This document shows positions 31,883 to 44,041 of a stretch of 64,000 nt of DNA, in pieces. Origin of the DNA: Tetramitus jugosus (lineage: Eukaryota; Protista; Heterolobosea). A program made the position numbers and the translations under genes. The notes under the pieces are model-generated. The model had not been told where the DNA came from, made no database searches, and was given only the letters and a program-made list of their open reading frames with translations. Every line of letters starts with the position of its first letter. Within the stretch, counting starts at the first letter, position 1. The DNA lies in assembly GCA_937625935.1 (NCBI GenBank), contig OW569375.1, positions 62,001 through 126,000 on the forward strand, written 5' to 3'.

Positions 31883-34800
31883 ATGGATACGCAAGTGTTA
31901 CTTGAAACACTGAACCGCATTTTGAGTGCAACAGACAATGACGTTCGTAAACAAGCCGAGCATAATGTTGGTCTCATGTCTCACCAACCCAATTTTGTTC
32001 TCTCATTGGCAACGATTACAACAAGTCAAGAGGGTCAAATCCCAGTTCATTTGCGTCAATTGGCAGGTGTTTTGTTGAGAACTCATGTCAGTCATTATTG
32101 GAGCCCTGATGAAGAAGATGAACAACAAAATGTTCAACAACAACAGGTTCAAATCTCAGAGCAAGAGAGACAAATTTTGAAGCAAAATTTACCAAGAACA
32201 CTGGGAGATGCCAGCACCAAAATCTCTACCATTGTCGTACGTTGGTTGTGATTCACTTTTTTAGGTTTTGTGTTCGATAGTGTGTGTGAAGAGAAGAGTT
32301 GATCTTATTCTTTGCGTGTGTTGTTGTTTTTTGTTGTTTGTTTGTATATGATAGAGTATGATTATTGCCGAGATTGCTTCTCATGATTTCCCAGAGCAGT
32401 GGCCTGATTTGATTACAGTGCTCATTCAACAGTTTGAGAGTGCTGGAAACAATGAAAAAATGGCGTATGGTTCACTAAAGTGCTTAAGTTTGGTTGCTGA
32501 ACACTTTTCAGATCATCAAGTCGGTGTTTTGTTTCCAAATTTGTTCCCTTATGCCATGAAAGTGGCTGAGAGTGCAAATGTGCATGTTTTGGTGCGATCC
32601 AAAGCTCTTTCTATCGCTTCTCAATTGATTCAGTTGTTGGGAATGATGAGATTGGAGTTTGAGAAGGAATCTGATGCAATGGTGGGTCCACTCTTACCAA
32701 ATACATTGAATGTGATACTTCCTATTTTGATGCAACCGGTTGCTTCTGTTGAAGCTGACTGTTCCTTGAAAATGGAGGCTCTAAAGGTCATTTCTAGCAT
32801 CTCTCGGTTCTTTTCAAAGAAAATCTCCACTTTCTTGCCTCAAATTTTGCAGAGTGTGATGAAATCATTGGTATCTGAATATGATGTGTAAGTACTTGGC
32901 TTGTAGAATAATTGATTATAATTTCAGTATGCTTACTCAACCTTTTGTGAACGGAAAACAGATTTGTCAAATCACTGGTCATGTCATCGAGCGACATTGA
33001 TAAAAAGTATGACTCGGAGGGAGACAGAATCGATTTTGATACTCTTGTTTGTCAATTATTGGAGTTGGTGAGTACTCTAGTTGGAAAGAATGTACTCAAA
33101 GGATTCGTTTCAGATAAGAACAACGCCGCATATCTCCTATATTTGCTTATTGGGTACACGCAGATGACAGTTGAACAACAAGAACTATTCGAGGATGATC
33201 CAAACCAATTCGTATATGATAACGAATCATTCTCAATCCGATCATCCGCTTTGTTGGCAATATCTGAGTTAATGAAGCTTCACAAGGCTCAAGTGTCGGG
33301 ACCTCTTATCGAATCCAGTCAAAAGCACATGATGGAATCCGCAAAGTTCTTCCAAGAGCGACATGAATTTTGGTGGAAGCCTAGAGAAGCATGCTTTAGC
33401 ATTTTGGAAAGTTTGAGCAAGTTTTTCTCTACCAGTCCACAATTCGATATTGTAGGATTGTTGCAATCTCTACTCAAGAATGATTTGGCAACAAATGCTC
33501 CTGTCTTTTTGAAAGCCAGAGCAATCGAGTTGTCGAGCAAATTCTTTAAGATTTTATCTCCTGAGTTAAGATCCGAATTCTTCCAGGTTTATATTGCTCA
33601 TTCGAGTTCAGGAATTCCACTTCCTATCCGCCTTTATTCCACCCTAGCAATTGCTCGATTTATTGGAATGCCAGCAGATGATGCTACTAAGCAACAGAAA
33701 CATGCCATCGTTCAGCCATTTATTCGCAATATAGTAGTCAACTCTTGTGAAGTGATGAGAGAAGCGTCCGATGACAATATTCATATTCCCTTGGATACCC
33801 TGGCAGCGCTCATTCATTTTAGACCTGATTGCATTAGCCACATTGGAAAGGATATCATATCATTATTGTTGGACTTATGTGCAAAATTCGCGAGTGATCC
33901 ATCTGTTCCAATGGATATCGTTAATGTGTTCCAACAAATGGCCAAGTCAAGGCCAAATTATGAGGTTTTGCGCGATGCTTTGGTGCCTCAGCTGGCTCAT
34001 ATCCTCTCAGGACCTGCAGTCACAACCCAACAGAGCTTTGTCCAGATTTTGATTGACATCTTGACAGTCATTTTAAATAATGCTACTGAACAAGATGTTC
34101 CAATGCTCTTATCCTACTGCTTCAGACCGATTGTTACCTTGATCCTTGATAATGACGATCCTTCACTTTTGAACAACGCATCAGAGTGTCTTCGAGCTTA
34201 CATCTATATTGGTTCCGAACAGATTATGACCTATCAGTACTCCCTGAATGAAAATGGTCAAGCGGTCCAACGAGCTCCACTTCAATATATCTTCCAAGTC
34301 ATTGCTAAGCTTCTCCATCCAGAACTGCCAGATGATAGCTCATCTGGTGCCGGTGGTCTGATCAATGCACTCTTCACGACTGTTGGAAATCACTTGAATA
34401 GTGACGTAATGGCTACTATTATCAAAGCTGCAGTCCATAGACTTGCTATCACAGAGAAATTGTTTATTATTCAGTCGTTGGTCATCGTTTTTGCAAAACT
34501 GGTGCATGATCACATGTATGCTCTTCTGAATCTGCTATCATCCTATGAATTAACAACTAATTCATCAAAATTGAGCTCTCTCCTACTTTTGTTACAAAAA
34601 TGGGGAGAAAATCAAAGTCATTTCTTTGGAAACTACAGACTGAAGGTGACGACCCTTGCCCTGGCCAAGCTTTTGCTCTCTGGTGATCAACGGTTGGCAC
34701 TAAACATTCAACTTGACTCTGCTGACACAGAGCAGACCTATAGAACAAGATCCAAGGGACCCATTAAGAAGCGAACCATTATGTTCCCTATTCAAGCATT

Positions 34801-35209
34801 CCTTTTAGTGATTGAGGGTTACTTTAGAGCCAAAGAAGCTCGTGAGTTTGAAGAAAAGGGTGGAGATCTTGAAGATTTACTGTACGCCAGTGATGAAGAC
34901 GACGACTTTGACGATGAAGACCTTGATGACGAAGAGGAAGGAGACATGCCAACTTTTGCCCACGCCGATGATGAATTGAACTACTTCCAACACTTGGTCT
35001 CCAATGCTCATATCGATGACGAAGATGAGGACGATATTGAGGATGTGTTCGAGAAGCGTGATCCAATCAACAAGCTGGACCTGGAGCAAGTATTGCCAGC
35101 AACGATCAAGCAGATCATTGAGAAATATCCACATATCCTGCCTGTTGCTGAGCCATTTATGACAGAAAAGCACAAGGAATTCATCAAGCAACTCCTAGCA
35201 TCTCAATAA
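31883..35209 (+). CDS. IPO9: Importin-9-like karyopherin beta; 3 exons (31883-32236, 32355-32887, 32962-35209)
   Basis: IBN_N domain (RQLAGVLL..HV..YW), IASHDFPEQWP, DSEGD.IDF, EDDPNQFV, RTRSK motif, acidic loop and DPI..LDL tail. Confidence 0.88.
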
Positions 35210-35219
35210 ATATCATAAT

Positions 35220-36776
35220 TTATTCACCATCATACTCATCCTCATCATCATCTTCCGAGTTCTTCTTTCTATTGGCAATCACCTCTAACTTTTCTTCAAA
35301 GGACGTGCCTGTTGGTCTAGCGAGAAGTGGTACGTACTTTGGTCCAGATTCCACGAATTTGAAGTTCGAATTGAACTCAACCTGTCCCAGAGGCACATAT
35401 TTTGAATTTGCGTATTGCTCGCTCTTGATTTTGAATGAATCAGGTCGATTCAAGACGAGTGATGAATAAACATGAGAAAGCATCGTGTCAATCATTGCGG
35501 TTTTGAGCACATTCTTCGTCCACATTGACAGAAAATGCTTTGCTGTTTCATGTTGTCCATCGAGCTTTTGACAATGGATCCACTTGATATCCTCGAAAAA
35601 ACAGTCCCAGAGACAAAGCGGGAATTCGGATGCAATCGTGTACTGTGGCTTTCTCGGATACTTTTCAGCGTCCAGCATTTCTCGAATAATTTCTGGTTTT
35701 TCTTCACGTCTGCCCACATTGAACAAGATGGATGCCATGCAACGAATCTGATGCCACAAGAAGGAATACCCGCACACTACAATCTCATAGATTGCGTGTG
35801 ACTCATCAGCATCTGTACTCTGATGGTACATGCCTGATTTTTGAATGGCAACACTGAGAATTTTTCGACGAAAATTCTTTACACTATCCGCATTCATCTT
35901 GCAGAAATTTCGACAATCGTGATAACCAATAAAATATTCGGCAGCTTTCCTCATTGCTTCCACATCCAAATTTCCTCTCACAAAAAAGTACTTGTATGTT
36001 CGATAGAGACATCCGAATCGTGCATCAAACTCTGAGCCTACAGGTGCCCATCCCAACACTCTAATATCATCTGGCAATGTCTTGTTCAACATTCTCACAT
36101 AATCAAGTTCCTTGATTGCTGATTCATCTTGGTGATTGACCGATGAAAAATTCAATCTTGATTGTCCATTTCCATCACCATTTTCACTGGAAGTGGTAGT
36201 AATGGGTGGTGGAGGTGGTTTCAGAGCAGATCGAATCTGAAGACCAACCACCTGACACAGTGCACTAACTCCCTTGTCTGTTCTTCCACATCTCGAATAC
36301 GCACAATCACTTTCATTGACAATCAACTTTGTCTTTTTTAGTGCTTCAAACAAGTGGTACTCTACCGTGTTGTCCGTGTGCAATTGAGCGGCAAATCCTT
36401 GATAATTGTAACCAATGTAAGCAATCTTGAGGGCAATGTGCCTCTTGTGAGTCCTTGACCAGTCAAATTCCCTGTTATTTTGTTGTTGCTTCTTCTTTCG
36501 ATTTCTAGTCTTTTGTTGCTTTTTAATCTTGTTTGTACTTGGGTTGTTTTCTTCTTGTTTCATCACCACCTTGGTAGTAGTCGTATGGGAACGGTCACGC
36601 AAATCACGAACAATTTCATAGAGTTGGTCATGAGTGAGTTGTTCGATTGGAATGTGGTGATACTTGTCACTTTGAGATGATGCATTTCCAGTTGACACTT
36701 TACCATCTTCTGGACAACCTGTTGGTGGTGGAGTTGAATTGGGCTGCGGTTGCGTTGTTGTCGTTGTTGTTTTCAT
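35220..36776 (-). CDS. PUS3: tRNA pseudouridine 38/39 synthase (TruA family)
   Basis: RHIALKIAYIGYNYQGFA, catalytic RCGRTDKGVSA, FDARF.C..RTYKY, SFLWHQIRCM; ATG taken at MKTTT. Confidence 0.93.
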   Translation of the reverse strand: MKTTTTTTQPQPNSTPPPTGCPEDGKVSTGNASSQSDKYHHIPIEQLTHDQLYEIVRDLRDRSHTTTTKVVMKQEENNPSTNKIKKQQKTRNRKKKQQQNNREFDWSRTHKRHIALKIAYIGYNYQGFAAQLHTDNTVEYHLFEALKKTKLIVNESDCAYSRCGRTDKGVSALCQVVGLQIRSALKPPPPPITTTSSENGDGNGQSRLNFSSVNHQDESAIKELDYVRMLNKTLPDDIRVLGWAPVGSEFDARFGCLYRTYKYFFVRGNLDVEAMRKAAEYFIGYHDCRNFCKMNADSVKNFRRKILSVAIQKSGMYHQSTDADESHAIYEIVVCGYSFLWHQIRCMASILFNVGRREEKPEIIREMLDAEKYPRKPQYTIASEFPLCLWDCFFEDIKWIHCQKLDGQHETAKHFLSMWTKNVLKTAMIDTMLSHVYSSLVLNRPDSFKIKSEQYANSKYVPLGQVEFNSNFKFVESGPKYVPLLARPTGTSFEEKLEVIANRKKNSEDDDEDEYDGE

Positions 36777-37446
36777 TTCTTTTGTGCTTTTGTGTGTTGC
36801 ACGACAGTTTTTTGCGTAGTTTTTTGTTTTTGCATAGTTCGGAGAATTCGGGCGGAAAGGATTTTCTATCGCCAGAGAATCGAAGAAGAGAATGCAAACA
36901 ACAATGCGATCGTTTAGATTACAGTTGCACTTCACGATTTTTTGATGTGTTTCGAAGAATCTAGATGCGAAGAAGCAGGAATTATCAGAGTCGAATATTG
37001 AGTGTATCATTCCCGTCGACACTAAACTTCTAACTTGGAGGAACGCATTTCATTCACCCGAACAGTATTGTTATGAACTGGTAAATATTGCTCTCTCTCA
37101 ATCAAAGTTTGGTGATATTTCTTTTCGTGAAAAGAAAGAGAAGTACAAAGAGTCAAACCTGTTAATTGAGAGAGAATTGGCCGAGTTCCAAACCTTTGGT
37201 GTTCGTGCATTTCAGCACCGAGTCAATCAGTTCAATGTCTTCTTGCACCGACCCTGTGGACAGTTTATTGGAGCTTGGCAATACAACATCGGATAGAACA
37301 GATCTATCTCGGACAGAACTTCAAACAGAATCTCAATCAGTTGGGAGTAAAAGAAGGAGAAGAGTGCCAATGCGCGAGTCTGCAAGAAACGCACGCAAAC
37401 ACGCATATGAATCTAAATAGTTTATTCTCACGTCCTGGTTGATCTA

Positions 37447-38253
37447 TCAAAGGGATGCTTGAAACATTTTGACTCCCCGATCCACGGCGTCTCTAATTGC
37501 AGCATGCTTCGCTACTAATAAAGCAACCTTACGAAATTGGTGTTGTGCTAAACCATAACCTACATTTTCGTGACTGTTTCCATGTTGAACCATATCCAAG
37601 TGGATCTTGACAGACACACCGACATCATATCCCTCCTTTCCACTTTCAAACTGAACTAGATCACAGAAATCGACATCGATCGAAGCAACTTTGAGTTCCA
37701 TTCCTAATTTGCCCAATTGCATTTGCATTAACGTCCGTTGTCGATGTTGCTGAGCATATTCAGTATCGAATAACTTTTGTTCCATAGCCAGCTCCTCCCT
37801 ACTAAGAGTAACAATCGCTGGAGTCTCTGGTGATTGGTACTGAGTCATTGGTTGATGCACAGACGACGTTCCACAATCGACATCATTACCGTCTGGACCT
37901 ACCATCGGTGCTTCTGCATTAGCTTGTTCTTGTAAGGAAGCCTTATTATAAGTCATGTTTCCCATTAGTCTCCTTTTCTGATAGTCTTCATAGACTTGCA
38001 AATGCCTGGGAGTCATCCATAGAGCTCTCCTTTCCTTTGTTGTGAGTTGTGGCTCCTGAGATCCTTCACCATTGTTGTTGGTCTCTTGATGTTCATCATT
38101 GTTCAACTTTTCTTGGTTGTTACCATTGGATGCATGCTGTGGAGGCCCAGTGGACGTACTGTTGTTGTTATTATGGTCGTCAAGCATGGCATTTCCATAA
38201 TCGTCCAACCCTGCATCACCATGATCATTTGTCATGTCGTTGTTGTCACTCAT
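37447..38253 (-). CDS. Divergent Rad52/Rad59-family protein
   Basis: IDVDFCD...YDVGVS...SHENVGYG...KVAL..AK..AIRDAVDRGVKMF matches the Rad52 core (NVDFVD..VGV..YHEDVGYG..KARKEAVTDGLKRALRSF). Confidence 0.75.
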   Translation of the reverse strand: MSDNNDMTNDHGDAGLDDYGNAMLDDHNNNNSTSTGPPQHASNGNNQEKLNNDEHQETNNNGEGSQEPQLTTKERRALWMTPRHLQVYEDYQKRRLMGNMTYNKASLQEQANAEAPMVGPDGNDVDCGTSSVHQPMTQYQSPETPAIVTLSREELAMEQKLFDTEYAQQHRQRTLMQMQLGKLGMELKVASIDVDFCDLVQFESGKEGYDVGVSVKIHLDMVQHGNSHENVGYGLAQHQFRKVALLVAKHAAIRDAVDRGVKMFQASL

Positions 38254-38455
38254 TCGTTTTCTGGTGGATTTCCCTTGAAAAGCTTTTAGTCCAGTCACCG
38301 GATTCGTGTGCTTCTCTCTTGGTTTTTTCTTCTTCGAGCTTTTCAGGTCGACCAATTACTGGAACGTCGTGCTTTTGGAATGTTTCTCCGCTTGATCAAT
38401 CAAAAAAGCAAAAAGGAAAAAACAGCAGAAGCTTTTTGTCCTCCACGAACGTCGA

Positions 38456-41308
38456 ATGACCCAACCAGTTTCAACACCACCTCCATCATCAGTGACCACT
38501 ACTGACTCCCATCCCTCTCAAGACAACATTACCACAACAACAACAACATCTCCCACACAAATGAACACTACACCCACGACGACTACTACCACCATCTCCA
38601 CTGAGTCACCACAAGCATCCATCACTCCTGTTGTTGTTTCTCCCCAACAAGTCATGTCATCTCAAAAATCATCATCAACAACAACAACTACAACAAAAAT
38701 GGTGGATCACTCTTATCAAATCTCCAAAATTTACTCTACTCACATTTGCTTGACTGATCGACGCAGTAGTAGCTCTGATGCAGAGATTCAGTTTGGTGCA
38801 ATTTCTTGGTCTCAAAAAAATATGATTTGTCTGGCGGCGCACAACACTCTGCAACACAATCATTCACACTTGTTGTTGATTGATCCGAATGTACCCGGTC
38901 AGTACACAAAGATTCACACGGATCATTCGTTGCCTGCAACTGCACTTGATTGGGGATTGGTGTCATGCTCCAATCCTCTGTTGAGTGTGGATGATCAAGA
39001 TACAGTGTGTTTTTGGAAGTGCAAGGATCATTGTGTGAATGATTATGGCTCGTATGCAAAGTTTAATTTAGAAGGTGTATTGTGTGCACGGTTTGTTCAT
39101 TCAGAGAGAAGGGTATGTGTAGTGTGTTTGTTTCTTTATTTGTTTTTCGATTTGTGTTGTTTTGTTTTTTGCTATTCATGAACATGGTGTTGTTGTTGCA
39201 TGGTCTGAAATGATTGGGATGTACCGAGAGATTGACACTCCTTTTTCTGTCTGCTGTGTGTCAAATATATGAAGCGCTTGGATTTGGTGTCGTTTGATGC
39301 ACCGAGAAAATTCAACGAGGGAGTACGAATGGCTCGTGCTGTACCAACGGGAGCAAAGGCCTTTCTGTGCGTGTGCAAGACGGGACAAGTTCACTTTTGT
39401 ATGCTGGATTTAGAGAAGCAAAAATGGGTCACATCGAGCATTCATCTCAATGTAGAAGAGATTGCAGTGGCTGATTTCACGATACGACACGATGGAACCA
39501 TTTTGATTGCTTGTGTCGCAAGCAACAATTTTGCTGTCCATATATTCCACTGTTCATTGACAAAGACACACTTGACATCGGATGTGAAACCTTATACACC
39601 GAGAACTCAGTTAAACCTGGAGGAACACACCATTTTTACACTGCCTACCTCTCCTTCGTTACTTGTCAATGGTTGTGACAGTGGAATCACAAAATTGAAA
39701 TTTATTCCATTTATTAAGGACGAACCAGAGTTGTTGATCATGTGTAACAATAATCAAATTCAAAAGTGGAAGTGTGTTTCGACGACTGTGCACATCTCGA
39801 GTGTGCTGTGCGCTGTTTCAACATCACAGGATGGACTTCCGCTTCAAAAGACGGCGGATACGCCTCCAGCGAACCCGGTGGTACCCAGAGAGCGACCTGT
39901 TTGGACTCAATCCAGCAAAATAGAGATTGGCGATGACATTCATATTACTGCCTTTGAATGTACCGACGATGGATCCTGCTTTTATCTCGGATTGTCGAAT
40001 GGCTATGTGAGACGATACTCCCTTTCGAACATGGAAATGGTTGCAGATATTGGTTTAAAGCCGCGCAATTATTCGAGAGATGATGAACCTCCAACAAAGA
40101 TGTCGAAAATTGAAACCTCGTTCGATATTCGAAATATTGCAATCTCGCCCAATAATACCTGTTTCGCAGCAATTGATCAATCGAACAACATGCATGTTTG
40201 TTCAATCTATGAAACAATTGGAACCGAGTTTAATCCTCGAACAATCATACAAAAACTTGAGATCTCTCTATACAATTCCTTCGATGCATGGGATGTATTT
40301 GTGATTATGCACAAGCATTTGACAACTGCTCAAATCGAAAAAGTGGCTCAAGTATTCGATACAAGGAAAAAGAAATTTCCATTCCCCTCACATCTCACCG
40401 CTGTGACTGAAAGATGGGGAACGATAATGTACTCTTTGGGTGGAAATCGATATTTAAGTAGTCAACTATTGTTACAAGCTCAAATCATTGTTCGAAACAT
40501 TTTTACTCAGATGAGGTCCCTCCTCACTGATCAAAAGTCAGAAGATGCGAGCAGTCGCTCCAAGTATCTGTTGTCAAAGATGAAGTCAGACAGTAAGACA
40601 ACGAAAAATTGTCTCTTGTTGATTCCGTTATTCAACTGGCTCTATGATTTCTGTGTTGCCTTGTACAAAGATCTCGACGACTATGAGAAGGAACGACATG
40701 TGGGACACTACCCTCACTGCTCTATCAATTTTCTAAAAAGAGAACAACTCATGGCTGCTATTAGAGATATTCTGCAACAATCCACTTATCTTCACAATCT
40801 CTTCCATGACCCAGAAGTGCAAGCAAGTCTACCAGAGACTCGCACTAAAATTACACCATCAATCACTGTTGAGGAGCTCAAGATTATATGCTCTTTTATT
40901 GGAGAGTTCACAAAGAGATCAATGTCCATCATGAATGATGTTAAGCACGGTGCAACCGATATCAACACCAAATTCAAAGCTCACATTTCAGAACTGTTGA
41001 AGAATCATAGTGCAATGAACAATGTGATGCCTCAATACGATCGACAGCAATTGATGGATCGATTGGATCTAATACCTCAATTGACAGGTGTCTTGTCAGG
41101 CAATTTTGTTCCCAATGTGAGCACACGGCATCGGTTCGATATTGTGTCAGGTATGGAGCTGTCCAAGGACGACAGCGCTTACCGTGTTTGCAGAACGTGC
41201 TCACGTATCGTCTCGTTGCATCCCAAGGGATGGGCTTCTCGGTGGTCCACTGCTTGTCTCATGTGTGCCTCCTCATACTCTCTGCCCGGTTGTAACACCA
41301 ACTTGTAA
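38456..41308 (+). CDS. MED16: Mediator subunit 16; intron 39113-39274
   Basis: AISWSQKNMI WD40 start, AISPN..C, C-terminal DIVSG..L...RVCRTC...WASRW...CLMC zinc ribbon. Confidence 0.8.
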
Positions 41309-41437
41309 CATTCACGACCAAAACACACAAATAAAAAAACAAAAGTGCAAGTCCCAACATGCACACACAAGTTCTCCTTGACAGAACAACAAAAAGCTGA
41401 GTTGGCCAATTATCAAACCTACAGGAACAACAAAAAA

Positions 41438-42271
41438 ATGCAACAACAAGAAGCCGAACCTCAAGTCAACAAGACACATTCCAACAAGATTCTATCAGAA
41501 GAAGAAGAACGCACTAGATTGGAATGGGAACAAGAGCAAGAAACTCTAAAGACTCAATTGATCACATTCGATGACTTTGACTGGAGCATGCAGGACAACT
41601 CTTTAAAGTACATTGGAGGTGTAGACATATCGTTCAATCCAGAGAACAGAGAAGGCAACGTCAACGATGCAGTAGCTTCACTTGTTGTTTGTTCATATCC
41701 TGACTTGAAAGTGGTTTATGAGGCGTTTCATCGTGTCAACATGAACCTTCCCTATATTCCGGGCTATCTGGGGTTCAGAGAAGTGCCACACCTGGTGAAT
41801 TTGGTGAGTGAGTATCGAACAAAGAAGCCTAATCAACCGTTGGATGTCATTCTGATTGATGGCAACGGTGTTTTGCATCCGAGAGGTTTCGGATTGGCGT
41901 CTCACTTGGGCGTGTTGACTGGTGTTCCAACTGTCGGTGTGGCAAAGAATTTGTTGTACATGGATGGGTTGACCAGAGAAAAAATTAAGGAATGGACCAC
42001 GGAACATTTGAAGCAGAGAGGTGATGCGTTTGAGTTGTGTGGAGATTCTGGTGTCGTGCACGGAGCGATTCTGAAGGGAGCTGACACTGCAGTCAAACCA
42101 GTCTACGTCTCTATTGGTCACAAGATATCATTGAAGACGAGTATTGATGTGGCACGATTTTGTTGTAAGTTTAGGATTCCAGAACCTGTGAGACAAGCAG
42201 ACTTACGGTCCAGAGATGCTATTCGAGATATTAACAAATTGTATGACAAAAATAATCAAAAGAGTAACTAA
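41438..42271 (+). CDS. ENDOV: Endonuclease V (inosine-specific)
   Basis: GGVDISF, PYIPGYLGFRE, DGNGVLHPRGFGLASHLG, GVAKN, RIPEPVRQAD. Confidence 0.96.
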   Translation: MQQQEAEPQVNKTHSNKILSEEEERTRLEWEQEQETLKTQLITFDDFDWSMQDNSLKYIGGVDISFNPENREGNVNDAVASLVVCSYPDLKVVYEAFHRVNMNLPYIPGYLGFREVPHLVNLVSEYRTKKPNQPLDVILIDGNGVLHPRGFGLASHLGVLTGVPTVGVAKNLLYMDGLTREKIKEWTTEHLKQRGDAFELCGDSGVVHGAILKGADTAVKPVYVSIGHKISLKTSIDVARFCCKFRIPEPVRQADLRSRDAIRDINKLYDKNNQKSN

Positions 42272-42297
42272 TAAATAAGTAGTTTACGTTGACTTGT

Positions 42298-43707
42298 TCA
42301 AAAATCGTCGTCAATTGCAGTACAAGTTGCCAAGTGTTTCTTCATTTGCTCATAAGAGGGGAATGCAGAAGAGCACAAAGGACAAATCGATCGTGTTGAT
42401 GGCTCTACAGTTGTGGTCGTATTCGGTGGATCGTCAGTGAGATCAATCACATCATCATTGTTAGTGCGACTCTTTGGAGTTGTTGATCGTTGGATCCTTT
42501 GGTCGCTTTGTTGAGGACTACGTGTGGCTGCTGGACCCATTCGTTTCGCAAGCGATGGTGGAACCACTGGCTTAAATGTCTTTCGTACACTCGTACCTGT
42601 TCCCAAATGGCCAGATGATGCAGCTCCACTCACAGAACGATCTATTCCTTGGTTCGGGGAGTTGTTCTTGTCAATTCGATTTGAATTCGAGCTCACTTGA
42701 AGAGATGGTGGCTTCACAGGGACAAAACGAGGTTTGAACAATGCGCTCTCTGGTCGATTATTCAAGGAAGATGCAGATATTGGCTGAAATGATCTCTTTG
42801 TTGTTGTACTTGTGAATGATCGTCTATCGTTCTGTTGGATCGGCGTGACCACACGGGCCGGAGTAAGTTTATCATCACTACTATCGTTCAATACCTCTTC
42901 AACAACCTCTATTGTTTCAATATTGGATTTCGTTGTCTTATTCGGCGAAGGATTAGCACGCAAAGGTTCGGACACTAATCTTGCGTCTTGTGCTGCTGAT
43001 GTTGCAACAACAGTACTCGTGCTATTCACCACAGCAACCCTAGTAACACTGTGCACACTCTTCACTATCGAGCTCCTTGTGTTTCTCTCATTCTCATTTC
43101 CACTCTCATTACTCTGATCGAACAAATCTGGAGAAGCACCACCATCATTAGTCGTAGTACTACGACCATCATTACCGATATCATTACTACCCTGATCAAC
43201 AACAACAGCACCTCCAACTTCATCAACAACATCCGATTCATCCTTCTCCGGAGTCAACACATCTCTCAACACATATGCCATCATTCTTTGCTTCTTACGC
43301 TCAACACAATTGTCAATTCGATATCGTTTCTTGTGAATCATTTGATCCAACACTTGTTTCGTACCATCAAAATCACTCGATTCATACGCACAACAATCCT
43401 TGTTCCACTGTGCAAGCATAAAAGTCTCGTTTTCTTCATCATTTACATTTGCTGCTTCTTTAGCAACTATGACACGATCCGTATTCAACAAATGTTGTTG
43501 TTTTTCACGTTTCAATTGTTTCCAATACTCTCTTTCCCACAAGTTATTCTCAGCTGCATCATCACCAGTCAGATCTGTACTTGTTGTTGGAGCTTCGACG
43601 ATAGTAGTGGGATCGTGCTCAAAAATTTGCAATAGTGAACAAACAGTAAGGTTCAAGTCGGGGAGGGTGGTAGACTTTTTGTTGTTAGGTTCCCAATTCT
43701 GATTCAT
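42298..43707 (-). CDS. Largely disordered protein with C-terminal UBZ4-type zinc finger
   Basis: ICPLCSSAFPSYEQMKKHLATC preceded by SIM-like DDVIDLTDD. Confidence 0.7.
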   Translation of the reverse strand: MNQNWEPNNKKSTTLPDLNLTVCSLLQIFEHDPTTIVEAPTTSTDLTGDDAAENNLWEREYWKQLKREKQQHLLNTDRVIVAKEAANVNDEENETFMLAQWNKDCCAYESSDFDGTKQVLDQMIHKKRYRIDNCVERKKQRMMAYVLRDVLTPEKDESDVVDEVGGAVVVDQGSNDIGNDGRSTTTNDGGASPDLFDQSNESGNENERNTRSSIVKSVHSVTRVAVVNSTSTVVATSAAQDARLVSEPLRANPSPNKTTKSNIETIEVVEEVLNDSSDDKLTPARVVTPIQQNDRRSFTSTTTKRSFQPISASSLNNRPESALFKPRFVPVKPPSLQVSSNSNRIDKNNSPNQGIDRSVSGAASSGHLGTGTSVRKTFKPVVPPSLAKRMGPAATRSPQQSDQRIQRSTTPKSRTNNDDVIDLTDDPPNTTTTVEPSTRSICPLCSSAFPSYEQMKKHLATCTAIDDDF

Positions 43708-44041
43708 GCATGAGATGAGTTCTGTTCGTTTCTTTAGTTGGGGGCAAAAAATTGGTTGAGAAGAAACCCGTATTTTTTTTCGAGATTTGAGGGGAAACGG
43801 ATCAAGTTCGAATTGCGAGATGATGGAGTTACGAACCTGATGAGTAAAATATACAACGGTGAACAATCTCTGATTACACCATGATTACCCAAATTAATGC
43901 GTTTTAACCCTGATACGTTCGTCGAAGAACAAGAATATTCTTTTGGATGTCACTACAACGATGTGAGTGAAGAACTCACTCGAGAAGAGTGGTGAAACTG
44001 GTTCATTAGTACAACAAATATGCATCTGTATTGTGGTAAGA

